Below are positions 1-10,070 of a stretch of DNA of 64,000 nucleotides, piece after piece. The notes under the pieces were generated by a model. That model was not told where the DNA came from. It searched no databases and saw nothing but the letters and a program-made list of their open reading frames with translations. Where the stretch lies: NCBI GenBank assembly GCA_964016885.1, contig OZ024740.1, positions 189,596,001 through 189,660,000 of the forward strand, in the 5' to 3' direction. How positions within the stretch are numbered: the first letter of the stretch is position 1; every line of letters begins with the position of its first letter. The DNA comes from Eledone cirrhosa. Lineage: Eukaryota. The position numbers and the translations under genes are program-made.

Positions 1-171
1 TCAAGAGGGATTCCTTTTAATTCATCCTCTGAGACATGTGACCTCTGCGCAGAGGAGATATTCTTTATACTAAAATCTAAAAATTCCCTTAATCTATGGA
101 CAAATTTATTCAGTTGCTGCAAACATAGATTAAACTCAACGTTTAAATATAAATTTAAATTTAAAATGTAG
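1..171 (+). mobile_element. 3' end of Penelope-like element ORF (GIY-YIG endonuclease C-terminus), continuing from upstream of window
   Basis: Frame 1 reads SRGIPFNSSSETCDLCAEEIFFILKSKNSLNLWTNLFSCCKHRLNSTFKYKFKFKM*, matching the PLE C-terminal CxLCxxE..I...LN....CxH pattern also seen in the 22290-23200 element. Confidence 0.8.
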
Positions 172-1214
172 TATATTTAGTTTGATTTATAATTATATGG
201 GAAACTAGCCGATAAATCTTTGATTCCTTCTTTTTATTCTTTTTATTTTTATTTTATTTTTATTTAAACATTCTTCATGAAAAATTAAGCTACCCTAAAA
301 GTTGATGCTTCAAATATTTCGAATAAACGTTACACTAGATAAACTTCTATATTAAATATAAGAACACATGTAGACCAAATGGGCATCCTAAACTTTTGAA
401 ATGATCTTTGCTAGATGCGATTTGATAGATAATTTTTGGCTTTATCTGTTTTTCGACTCTGATGCTTATAATGAACTTGGCAATATATTGTCAATTAATT
501 TTGAAGGGTTGATCTTTGTGGTTTATTTTTATTTTCATTTTTATTATTGTAGTATTTTTCTAATATTTTTATTTTTAATATTTTTAATATGTAAATTTTT
601 TAATATGTAATATTTTTAATATGTAATATTCTTTCGTAATATTTTTTAGTTTTCTATTTTATTATTACTTAATATTATTATTGTTATTTTTTAGTTTTGT
701 TTCTGATATATATTTTTATTAGTATATTGAAATCTTCTCTCTATTTCTGCTTGATAGATAATCTTGTAGAGTAAAGACAGGAATAGTAATATTGACTCTA
801 TATATATTTGTGTGTATATATATACACATATATGTATACTTAAATTTTTATACCACAATGAGAATGTTTTCCGTGAACTTAGGGTTTGCAGAGTTGATCA
901 TGTAAATTCACATAGATGTTTGTAGTTATCACATAAACATATGAATTTTTTTAAAAAACTAAACATAAGATCATTAATGTTCACACATTATGGATACATG
1001 TCTCATTCAGGAATACTGATATGTACAATATAGTGGCTGGTTTTTATAAATACTAATACCTCTACATTAAAACATAGGGTTTTTTACGCCTCGCCTATGT
1101 CTGGTTATTTTTAAATTTTTTCTCTCTCTATATTTTTTCTCTCTCTATATTTTTTCTCTCTCTATATAACAGCTGGTTTCTCTCCATATATCTCCCTTAC
1201 ATTAATACTAGAGC

Positions 1215-1249
<35 letters not shown>

Positions 1250-1585
1250 ATGTATCATTGATACGTTTACCCAACAGACGTCCCACTACCTAGTTTTCTA
1301 TATATATGTATCTATCTCTATTTCCTCTCTCTCTCTATATATATATATCTCTCTCTGTTTCTTTACATGAAGTTCTTCTCTTTATCTATCTTTCCATCTC
1401 TCTATTTTGTTCCATGCATTTCTTCTTTTTCTTCTTTTTCTTCGTTTTCTGTCTTTCTTTCCATTTTTTTCTCTCTTTCTTTCTCTCTGTGTACAATTTT
1501 TTCACTGCCAAATCAACCTTTTCAAATACAAGTCGATGTTGTTACGGTATGTCGAATCTATTTATCTATAAAACTGTTTATATTG

Positions 1586-1651
1586 TATTTTGTCTGAGGA
1601 ATGCATAGCATATTGTTAATATGATATCCCTGAAATATATATAATGAAATA
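1586..1651 (+). ncRNA. Minimal type I hammerhead ribozyme motif in PLE-derived end (partly degenerate stem II base)
   Basis: tattttgt-CTGAGGA-hairpin(atagcatatt/aatatgatat)-GAAA-tatata-TA-atgaaata; same family as 35268 and 45020. Confidence 0.65.
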
Positions 1652-1697
1652 AATATGGTTTTATAAATATAGTTTCTATTTATTTAATATTGTATAA

Positions 1698-1734
<37 letters not shown>

Positions 1735-1833
1735 TATATACATATATAAGTATATATATATATATATAGATAGATATATACATATATAAGTATATATATA
1801 TATATATATATATATAGATATATACATATATAA

Positions 1834-1900
<67 letters not shown>

Positions 1901-1901
<1 letters not shown>

Positions 1902-2070
1902 CGAAGGAAATGTGGTAAGGAACCATGTGGACCATAACGCACCAAAGTACTCAATACTTGAGGTAGTAGAGTGGGTAATAGGAACCAGTAAGACCCCGAC
2001 AGCTGAGCTCAAGCCGTCCAGAATTAGCCGTCGAAACGGCTTGAGCTCAGCTGTCGGGGTCTTACTGGTT

Positions 2071-2075
<5 letters not shown>
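1901..2075 (-). mobile_element. Short fold-back PLE-derived element (family A) in (TA)n, carrying HHR 3' half
   Basis: Perfect 40-bp inverted arms 1978-2017/2036-2075; GAAA-cggc-loop-gctg-TC (2033-2055); homologous copies at 33231 and 58131. Confidence 0.75.
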
Positions 2076-2136
<61 letters not shown>

Positions 2137-2149
2137 TATATATATATAA

Positions 2150-2182
<33 letters not shown>

Positions 2183-2214
2183 TATATATATATATATATA
2201 AGTATATATATATA

Positions 2215-2415
2215 TTTCGTTTCTGAATTTGTTTAGCAAGATTCTTTATCTGAAATCGTGTGTTGAAACCGATATTGTTATACTTTGGGAGGGTCATTTA
2301 TAGGTTTGTAAATTTGTAAATTTATAAATTTATAAATATATAATAAATTGAAGTTGAATGATCTGGTGCGTGTGTTTCTTATTGGCAATAAGACCCTCCC
2401 AAAGTATAACAATCT
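2215..2415. mobile_element. Short fold-back terminus of PLE family B
   Basis: Near-identical to the end of the RT-bearing element at 20430-20560; inverted arms attgttatactttgggagggtc / gaccctcccaaagtataacaat; TA-flanked. Confidence 0.75.
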
Positions 2416-2435
2416 ATATATATATATAAGTATAT

Positions 2436-2466
<31 letters not shown>

Positions 2467-2660
2467 AATATATATATAAGTATATATATATATATAAATA
2501 TATATATAAGTATATATATATATATATATATATATAAATATATAAATATATATATATATATATAAATATATAAATATATATATATATATATAAATATATA
2601 AATATATATATATATAAATATATATATATATATGTATATATATATAAATATATATATAGT

Positions 2661-2692
<32 letters not shown>

Positions 2693-2693
2693 A

Positions 2694-2726
<33 letters not shown>

Positions 2727-2739
2727 AATATATATATAG

Positions 2740-2796
<57 letters not shown>

Positions 2797-2959
2797 AAAA
2801 TATATATATATATATTTGGTAAGTCAGACGTGATCATCGCGATTCACATACGACCTACCATACATCTTACTTATATATAAGTATATATATATATATATAT
2901 ATATAAGTATATATATATATATATAAGTATATATATATAAGTATATATATATATAAGTA

Positions 2960-2999
<40 letters not shown>

Positions 3000-3020
3000 T
3001 ATATATATATATATATAAAT

Positions 3021-3071
<51 letters not shown>

Positions 3072-3222
3072 AGTATATATATATATATATATATAAATAT
3101 ATATCAAGATAAGCAGAACATGTAAAATTCAACCAATTTTTCAAAATAAATCAAAATTAATATACAATTAAAATTAATCAAAATTAAAAAAATATAATAT
3201 AAATATTAACCTATTCAAATGG

Positions 3223-3300
3223 CCCTAACTGTACAGTTTCACGGTGCAAAACATTAAATATCACAAGGATATTAATGGAAAAGCAACGATCATCAGAGAA
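3223..3300 (-). ncRNA. Type I hammerhead ribozyme, tandem copy 1
   Basis: Minus strand ttct-CTGATGA-long stem II-GAAA-ctgtacag-TT-aggg; palindromic stem III aactgtacagtt; stem I weak (two G-U pairs). Confidence 0.7.
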
Positions 3301-3747
3301 GCATTTTCCTATCCTAGGGTTAAAAACCCCAGGAACGACAAAATATATGACCTCACTCCAACTAATACAGTCTGAAAGGTCGTGAAAGTGACCCGTAAAT
3401 ACATTGGTGTATAGTGAAGGCGGGAAATCGTAGATTAGCCATCTATGATCGCTACTAAAAAAAGATTTTTAGCAACTAAATAGAACGACAAAGATTTATC
3501 TCTACATACTGGAGATTATTGAATAAGGTTAATATATATCTGAGGGTACAATGTACCCCCGGAAATATATAGTGTGTCTATGATTTAAGGTGGTTCTATG
3601 GTAATAGTTTGATATACCAGAACTTAATATCAAGATAAACAGAACAAGTAAAATTCAACCAATTTTTCAAAATAAATCAAAATTAATATACAATTAAAAT
3701 TAATCAAAATTAAAAAATATAATATAAATATTTACCTATTCCAATGG

Positions 3748-3825
3748 CCCTAACTGTACAGTTTCACGGTGCAAAACATTAAATATCACAAGGATATTAA
3801 TGGAAAAGCAGCAATCATCAGAGAA
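3748..3825 (-). ncRNA. Type I hammerhead ribozyme, tandem copy 2
   Basis: Same motif 525 nt from copy 1, core intact. Confidence 0.7.
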
Positions 3826-4149
3826 GCATTTTCCTGTCCTAGGGTTAAAAACCCCAGGAACGACAAAATATATGACCTCACTCCAACTAATACAGGTCTG
3901 AAAGGTCGTGAAAGTGACCCGTAAATACATTGGTGTATAGTGAAGGCGGGAAATCGTAGATTAGCCATCTATGATCGCTACTAAAAAAAGATTTTTAGCA
4001 ACTAAATAGAACGACAAAGATTTATCTCTACATACTGGAGATTATTGAATAAGGTTAATATATATCTGAGGGTATATATATATATATATAAGTATATATA
4101 TATATATATAAATATATATATATATAAAAATATATATATATGAGTATAT

Positions 4150-4180
<31 letters not shown>

Positions 4181-4295
4181 AATATATATATAAATATATA
4201 TATATATATAAATATAAATATATATATATAAGTATATATATATATATAAGTATATATATATATAAGTATATATATATATATAAGTATATATATAT

Positions 4296-4360
4296 ACTCT
4301 TTTACCTCTTTTACCTGTTTCAGCCATCCGGCTGAGGCCATGCTGGGGCACCGCCCTTGA
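4296..4360 (-). mobile_element. SINE 3'-tail fragment
   Basis: ctcttttacctgtttcagccat...ggccatgctggggcaccgcc, recognised from memory as a cephalopod SINE tail. Confidence 0.55.
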
Positions 4361-4401
4361 TATATATATATATATAAGTATATACATATATATATATATA
4401 A

Positions 4402-4460
<59 letters not shown>

Positions 4461-4593
4461 TAAATATATATATATATATATAAGTATATATATATATATA
4501 TATATATAAGTATATATATATATATATATATATATAAGTATATATATATATATATATATATATATAAGTATATATATATATATATATATATAA

Positions 4594-4654
<61 letters not shown>

Positions 4655-4700
4655 TATATATATATATATATAAGTATATATATATATATATTAAAAAAAA

Positions 4701-4910
4701 GGAACGATCGACTTTCGTCAAATCGGACCGAGGGAACAATGTTTCCGTTGGTCTTTCCAATTGCTAATACTATCTATCGGTCGCAACTCCAGGTAGATGG
4801 AGCAACGTGAAATAAAGTGTCTTGCTCAAGGACATAACGCATCGCCTGGTCCAGGATTCGAACTCACAACCTTACGATTGCGAATCCAATTCTCTAACCA
4901 CTCAGCCTTC
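4701..4910 (-). mobile_element. tRNA-derived CORE-like SINE
   Basis: Minus strand A box ggctgagtgg, B box gagttcgaatcc, CORE-like gtccttgagcaagacacttt; homologs at 9333, 16575, 29095. Confidence 0.85.
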
Positions 4911-5020
4911 ATACACACACACATATATATATATATATATAAATATATATATAAGTATATATATATATATATATATGAAAAAGAACACAAGAGCGTCTAC
5001 AACATCAAAAGATTTTTATT

Positions 5021-5067
5021 GTCTTACAATGTTCCTTCCTTACGTAACCGTAGGATTCGTCAGAGCT
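5021..5067 (-). ncRNA. Degenerate minimal hammerhead motif
   Basis: Minus strand CTGACGA-atcctacggttacgtaaggaa-GGAA(for GAAA)-cattg-TA-agac, then AATAAA. Confidence 0.45.
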
Positions 5068-5205
5068 ATAAAAGGAGTTTGATTGGTGTTATGGACTCTA
5101 CGAACCAAACATTCAAGAACAAAGAGTAAAGAGAATAAAGAGCAAAAGTAGGGGACGATAAGTCTAATTTTGGTGCTGGAGGGTGGGGTGTGTATATATA
5201 TATAA

Positions 5206-5244
<39 letters not shown>

Positions 5245-5333
5245 TATATATATATATATATATATAAGTATATATATATATATATATAAGTATATATATA
5301 TATATATATAAGTATATATATATATATATATAA

Positions 5334-5415
<82 letters not shown>

Positions 5416-5475
5416 TATAAGTATATATTAGTGAAAAAGAACAGAGGAACTATTATGACATTATAACAAGTTTAT

Positions 5476-5522
5476 TGCCGACAGCTGTTTCGTCCGACCA
5501 CATGGTGAGACTTTTCAAGGCA
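5476..5522 (-). ncRNA. Minimal type I hammerhead with U3-A8 core variant
   Basis: Minus strand tgcc-TTGAAAA-gtctcaccatgtggtcggac-GAAA-cagctg-TC-ggca, then AATAAA; all three stems pair. Confidence 0.8.
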
Positions 5523-5654
5523 TATAACATGTGATTGTAAGATCATTATTTACATCAACGTATAACTTAAGGCTAGCAGTTTGAAATTGTGGTATACATC
5601 AGCAACTTTGCTTGTATACATCTTACTTATAAGTATATATATATATATATATAA

Positions 5655-5718
<64 letters not shown>

Positions 5719-5766
5719 CAGGAAAGAAGGTTTACATGGTTTGCTATACAAACAAGTTTTTAATCA

Positions 5767-5879
5767 CATAGCTTACATTTGTTTCACTGAACTGGTATTA
5801 CTAGAGATCGCTATCCGCTTAATTTTGCGTTACTCGATCGCCAATACAGAATTATAACCTGTCAGATCCTCGGAGCATG
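5767..5879 (-). ncRNA. Degenerate hammerhead with long stem II
   Basis: Minus strand catgct-CCGAGGA-tctga...tcagt-GAAA-caaatg-TA-agctatg; U4>C lesion. Confidence 0.45.
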
Positions 5880-6208
5880 CGAGAATGAAGAAAATACACA
5901 GGGAAGAAAATAAAAGAAAATACAGGCTACTATATGGAGTAGTAATGGCATTCAATTAGAACAATAACAACAATTACAACAATGCTATCAATAAACTATT
6001 TAAGGAGACCCTGACATTACTTAGGTGGGGGGTATATAATGTATCTAATGTTACGGCGTGAAAACCAGCTGTCATAAGGCAAAAAGTATCGTAGTGTGTA
6101 TCAATTTTAAATTATAAAGATAAGCTAGTTTTTACAGTCTTTCTCTTCATCTTCAACAGTATACATGAGTGGGACCACTGTCAAAGCTCAATAGTTGTAG
6201 AGTTAATA

Positions 6209-6348
6209 CAGAGGTTAACGAATTAATATACGCATATACCTACGCACACAGATATATGCGTATATGCGTATATTAATTCGTTAACCTCTTCTTTGGAGAT
6301 ACGAAATATACAAACATACCTATACAATATCCATAAATATAATCCTAC

Positions 6349-6384
<36 letters not shown>

Positions 6385-6469
6385 GTAGGATTTCGCTTCA
6401 GGCATAGCTTTGTATTATATTTATGGATATTGTATAGGTATGTTTGTATATTTCGTATCTCCAAAGAAG
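6209..6469. repeat. Adjacent and nested near-perfect inverted repeats
   Basis: agaggttaacgaattaatatacgcatata inverted within 6209-6290; ~55-bp arms 6289-6343/6414-6469; aatcctactttt-(TA)n-aaaagtaggatt. Confidence 0.9.
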
Positions 6470-6572
6470 CATATCTTTAGGAAGCCGTAGGCTATTCAAA
6501 CATCGGATGAGGGGGGGGGGGGGTAACGCCCTCTTTTTGTGTCAACCAGGAGCAAAGCAGGTGGGGGGGCAA

Positions 6573-6616
6573 ACCGTCTATGCAATTCAGGCTTAGCTGG
6601 CCTTCGTCAGGACGGT
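6573..6616 (-). ncRNA. Near-complete minimal hammerhead (A15.1>U)
   Basis: Minus strand accgtc-CTGACGA-aggccagctaagcct-GAAT-tgca-TA-gacggt; 6-bp stem I, 4-bp stem II. Confidence 0.6.
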
Positions 6617-9332
6617 CCCTTTCGCCGCTTGCGGCTGCTGGGCTAGAAGACACCTGAGAATGTATACTTTTCTCGTCTGTGTAAATGAGGTGATTAATCT
6701 CATTTGCATATGAAGCTGCATAGGGAGAGATAGAGACCTACTAAGAATTGATACTGCGGTTATATTTTGGTTTAAAACTTGTTGGGAAAATGAAAAGGGG
6801 TACTAGTCAGACAAAATGTGTTCTTTGGGCATTTAAAATCTGGTGGAAAATACTACGTTATACGTCGAAACACAGTCAATTTCTTCCGAAGAAAGCAAAA
6901 GTGATAACAAGATAGAAGTAGAGAGAAAGAAAGAGAAAATGATAAAGAGATAGAAAGAAAGAGAGAAAGAAAAAGAGATAACGAAACAAAGAAAGGAAGA
7001 AAGAAAGAAAGGAAGGAATAATGAAAGAAAGAGAAATAAATAAGGAGAAATACGAAGGGGGCGGGGTAGATAATGACAGAGAGAGGAATATAGAGAGATA
7101 GACATAGAGCATGATAAAAAACGATAGAAGAAGATCGTCACTGTTGTTGGACTTCCATTTCATTCATCGACTTTGAAAGCATCAAAGGCAAAGTTCATCC
7201 CAGAGATGGGACGTATGCGTTTTAAATTTCAGATTTCAGAATATTTATTGTTTCCGAAATCGGGAATGCAGGTCGGGGGTGTATTTTAGAGGGGATTATG
7301 AGTGTCGGTTTACTGTGTCTTTTACACGTTTTGTTTACGACAATCGACGGTCTTATTTGTATACAATATATAATAGTTTAATATCACTATTGTGTTTATA
7401 AATATCTCGTCGAATTCAACATTTTATTATAAAGGATTCATTTTGCATGGAAGTATGTAATACAGTTCTTGGATCAATCTTAGTTGGAGATAACATCCGT
7501 TTCAATAAAATTCAAACTTAAAATTAAATACTAAATATTGCATTGTTCTGTATTGTTATCTGGAACATAAGATTCGTATGCACATCTATGGAGCTAGCTG
7601 TAAGTTCATAACATATTAGCCCTGAGCAGCACGAGCATTACAAAATTGATGTGCTTAAATTTTCAGATTTTGTGTTCAACTCATCTCGCTGGTATACCTA
7701 GAAGAAATAGGAACACACCTCCCATCATGTTTCATTTGATTTAGATAACATCAAATGAAAAGTATGTTCTTAACTTTAGCCCACAATAACAACTTGTGAC
7801 TCCTCTTAATATAAATGAGTCGCATCAATTTGCTGCGTTTTGTTCCTTAGCAACAAGGATTAAACATAAAACAGGGAATTAAAATGTTTAGATAATAGAT
7901 CGAAAAATCGGTCGAACTGTTATAGAAAGGAAAAATGCTTTTCAATAATTACTTACCCCTGCCCTTTACATTCTGAACTTTTAATGGAATGTGGTCATAT
8001 TTGCTTACTTTTCTTTTCGGGTCAATAATGAAGGCACTGGTAATATTCCTGTAGATAATGGATTGTTACTTCCACAAACATCTGAGCCCTTATGACCTAT
8101 GTTATGATGTTTTATGTATAGATAAAGGATAAAATAATTTATTTCCTAAGTAATTTTGAAAGTAAACTATTTACTGAATATGACATTATAGTAAAACAAA
8201 ATAATAAAGTTCTATATTAAATGAGAGAATGCAATATACCGTAAAGGATAATAGGTCTATTCTTGTGGTTGTTTAAATAACATGAAGCGTTCAGCTTAAC
8301 TTTAGCAGATAGGCTGTATAATACATGATGTAAAAATACAGAAAGTCATGGGAAGGAAGGAAGAAGGAAGGAAGAAGGATGGAAAAGAGAGATGAAATAT
8401 GGGAAGTTAAAAAGAAAGCGAATAGGCAGTGAGAGCCATTACTTTGCAAATAAAGCGTGACTCTAAATGTTATTCTTCGACATAGATGAGGACTGATATT
8501 CGAACTTTCATTCAGAAGCAAATTATAAAATACTGTGAGATGAAAAATGAAGTACCTAGAATGTCAATTTTCTTCACGTAATAACAACGGCAAAAACGAA
8601 AATAAAATAAAGTCATGCCAAGGGAGATGGTAACATTCCCCGAAGATAGTTATATCAAAAGTAATAAAAATAAAATAAAATATATCAACACACAGGTAAT
8701 TCTTCGAATGTATTATTTTCTTGCCACGAAGATTCCAAATATGGTAATATCTCGATTAATCAAATATATGCCCTGTCACGTCATACTCAGAAGCTAATAA
8801 TAACATATGTGTATTATCCTTACAGAATTTATCAGAAATACATGTTATTACTTTTTTCGTTGGGCAGCTACATATGTACAGTAACCGACTAGATTACAAA
8901 CGGCATGGTTCCGTACCGTATTATTCGAAACTCCATAAACGATATGACTACAATAATATATCAGAGTGACTTGCATCATAGTTTAAACTACTTCTAATTA
9001 ATTCTCTTCAACTTTGATTTTATGATTAGTTGAAAGGAATAACTTGGGTGACGACTTTGTATTAAAATAGAAAACAACTGACATAACAATTTACCATATG
9101 CATATAGCTTTCCAACATAGAAACAAGACCCCCATATAGTGAGGGATGGCGAATAGTAGATTATAAATATCTCACTAAATTCTTAGTATTCATGTGAATT
9201 ATTCGGTGAGGATAAAAGACAAATTCATCTCGGCAGCATTTGAACTCAGAATGTAAAGGGACACAACTAAATAACTACTGATTTACCTCCCTTTATTTAT
9301 ATTAATAATTGATTGTTAGCAAGGCCTAAGTT

Positions 9333-9535
9333 TGGCTTAGTTATTAGAGAATTGAATTCGCAATCGTGATGTTGCGAGTTCGATTCCCGTACCTGGCGAT
9401 CCGTTATGTCTTTGAACAAAGCATATATTTCATGTCGCACTTTCTGCTAGGAGTTGCGACTGGTAGAAAGTATCAGCAATGGAAAGATCAACGGAAGCAT
9501 TGTTTCCTTGGTCCCATGTGATGAGTTCTACCCTA
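9333..9535 (+). mobile_element. tRNA-derived CORE-like SINE (diverged)
   Basis: tggcttagtt...gagttcgattccc; reverse-complement homolog of 4701-4910. Confidence 0.75.
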
Positions 9536-9919
9536 CTCCATAAGCGAATGATATCTGGGATCGTGTCGATCGATTAAAAAAAAATGAATTTCAGTATTTG
9601 ACTATTTGAATTTGAAATCGAACCTGGAATGAGAAGAAAATTCAACACAGCAAAAATTGAATCCAGAAGCTTAAAGTACGCCGTCAAATTTCCTTTAATC
9701 AACCTCCAATATTTTCTATTTTCTTTATCTATTATGTTACTGGGTTCAGCCATTAGGTTACGGCTATTTCGTCGATCATAACGACTCCATTTTTTTATTT
9801 TTGTCAATTGGTGAATCTTTTATTGGTTTCTGCTTGTTGATTTGAAAATGCATGAGGCAGAAATAAAGCATAAACGTGAGCACACACATGGACACACACA
9901 TACACACACACATGCAGAA

Positions 9920-10070
9920 ACCTCCACATAGTTTCCGAAAAAATATTATTTTCTCGTCGGTATTGGTCAATCTGTGGCTAAAATAGAAGAAACCTGCCGA
10001 AGATGCCATGCAGTGGGAACAAACCCAGGACTAGGTGGTTGCGAAGTGAACTTCTTAACTACACAGAACA
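9920..10070 (-). mobile_element. Second tRNA-derived SINE family, degraded (also ~59080-59240 and ~62160-62390)
   Basis: Shared pattern gacacttgcccaa..tgc.atgcagtggga...cc.gga..atg..gttg.gaagc. Confidence 0.55.

Larger units (their letters stand above)
3103..4074. repeat. Direct tandem duplication, ~525-bp unit (one full plus one ~445-bp copy), TA-flanked
   Basis: atcaagataa.cagaaca begins at 3103 and again at 3629; copies nearly identical to ...atatctgagggta. Confidence 0.95.
1695..5715. repeat. Interrupted (TA)n microsatellite arrays hosting multiple short insertions
   Basis: Long TA runs with recurrent TAAGTA/TAAATA interruptions separating non-repetitive inserts. Confidence 0.95.

Noticed and set aside
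295-340. HHR-like gttgatgc...gaataaacgtta after the PLE ORF
   Set aside because: Too many core mismatches to support
4701-4910. tRNA-like A/B boxes here and at 9333, 16575, 29095
   Set aside because: SINE heads continuing into a CORE-like body; no complete cloverleaf, so not tRNA genes
7638-8048. Possible minus-strand exons (NITSAFIIDPKRK / VYQRDELNTKSENLSTSIL*) with plausible splice sites, plus one at ~16069-16118
   Set aside because: Short, no recognisable homology, and overlaps the alternative plus-strand Ig-like reading; chance occurrence is plausible
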